Positions 63,133 through 64,000 of a stretch of DNA of 64,000 nucleotides are shown piece by piece (positions within the stretch are counted from its first letter, which is position 1; every line of letters begins with the position of its first letter). A program made the translations under genes and the position numbers. The notes under the pieces were generated by a model. The model was not told the origin of the DNA, searched no databases, and saw only the letters and a list, made by a program, of their open reading frames with translations. The stretch covers positions 1,664,001 to 1,728,000 of the forward strand of contig CAXXMV010000006.1 of NCBI GenBank assembly GCA_963662285.2, in the 5' to 3' direction. This DNA is from a bacterium. GTDB lineage: Bacteria > Hinthialibacterota > Hinthialibacteria > Hinthialibacterales > Hinthialibacteraceae.

Positions 63133-63261
63133 TCATAATACTATATTCAAAATTCATATAACCTTGTTCATAAATCATTTTCAATGTAATTTAAATGGTC
63201 AAAATATTATTATTTTTATTTGTGATGTTTATAATATATATTAACTAACGGAGTGTAACAC

Positions 63262-64000
63262 ATGAATATTCAAGGCGCTGAACGCCTAAAGGAATTACCG
63301 GTTTACCTGTTTGATGATCTGGATAATCAAAAAGCCGCAGAAGAAGCCAAGGGCGTTAAAGTCATCGACCTGGGCGTAGGCGACCCTGACCGTCCTACCC
63401 CTAAATACATCATTGACGCATTGAAGCAAGCGGTCGATAACGACAGGAATCATCATTATCCCTCGTATAAAGGAATGCCTGAATACCGTAAAGCGGTGGC
63501 GCATTGGTATAAGAACAACTTCAAGGTTGAACTTAATCCCGATAGCGAAGTATTGAGCTGCATTGGCAGTAAACGCGGAGTGGCCGATCTTCCCATGGCG
63601 CTATGCAATCCGGGTGATGTGGTTCTGATTCCCGATCCTTGCTATACAGCTTATATCCCCGGCATCGTGATGTGCGGCGCTGAAGTTTATTACATGCCAT
63701 TGCTGGAAGAGAATGGCTTCCTGCCCGATTTGGAAGCAATTCCAGAGGATATCCGTCAACGCGCTAAATTGATGCTGCTTAATTTCCCCGGTAATCCCAC
63801 AGCGGCCTTGGCGCCATTATCATACTTTGACAAAGTAGTTGCTTTCGCAAAAGAGAACAATATCATTGTTTCTCATGACTGCCCTTATTCGGAAGCAGCC
63901 TATGATGGCAAACGTCAGCCTTCATTTCTTGAAGCTGAAGGCGCCAAAGATGTCGGCATCGAATTTCACTCCATGTCCAAAGTGTTCAACATGAGCGGCT
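63262..64000 (+). CDS. dapL: LL-diaminopimelate aminotransferase-like class I/II aminotransferase; truncated by the window edge
   Basis: Manual translation: LPVYLF, VIDLGVGDPD.PTP, HHYPSYKG, IGSK.G, NPGDVVLIPDPCY, NFPGNPT, HD.PYSE, IEFHSMSKVFNM. Confidence 0.8.
   Translation, partial: MNIQGAERLKELPVYLFDDLDNQKAAEEAKGVKVIDLGVGDPDRPTPKYIIDALKQAVDNDRNHHYPSYKGMPEYRKAVAHWYKNNFKVELNPDSEVLSCIGSKRGVADLPMALCNPGDVVLIPDPCYTAYIPGIVMCGAEVYYMPLLEENGFLPDLEAIPEDIRQRAKLMLLNFPGNPTAALAPLSYFDKVVAFAKENNIIVSHDCPYSEAAYDGKRQPSFLEAEGAKDVGIEFHSMSKVFNMSG

Overview
Bacterial chromosomal segment, probably from a MAG. The lineage is inferred only, not searched: the expanded GspG-like prepilin family and the C-terminal W-x-L-Y/F tails suggest Ca. 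Hinthialibacterota/OLB16 or Sumerlaeota-like bacteria. From left to right it contains: two secreted proteins; a minus-strand cluster of four DUF1593 (nucleoside-hydrolase-like) paralogs with an esterase, an SGNH acetylesterase fusion and an internally deleted pectate lyase; a DA1-like zinc-finger metallopeptidase; a flagellar region (fliK-flgD-TIGR02530-flgE, flbD-motA-motB-motB-maf-bshA) with a sigma54-type promoter; folB-recG; an AT-rich WD40-like gene; housekeeping genes (trpF, acpS, cmk, aroA, dsbD, dusB, csp, purA, dapL), with aroA, dsbD, dusB and a neighbouring hydrolase broken by dense frameshifts that are probably sequencing errors; three prepilin-like genes; large secreted proteins; and a TPR / B12-radical SAM / IspG-Fe-S-domain trio. 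No rRNA, tRNA or CRISPR array was seen. Best leads: (1) a shared C-terminal tail, [VI]-x-[DEY]-[WY]-x-[LV]-[YF]-stop, on four unrelated proteins (three with visible signal peptides), possibly a sorting signal linked to the prepilin family; (2) a 482-bp nested mobile structure (15-bp TIRs around 24-bp REP-like IRs around a decayed RAYT) inserted in a hairpin repeat; (3) the DUF1593 pectin-associated cluster; (4) a stand-alone IspG Fe-S domain protein.
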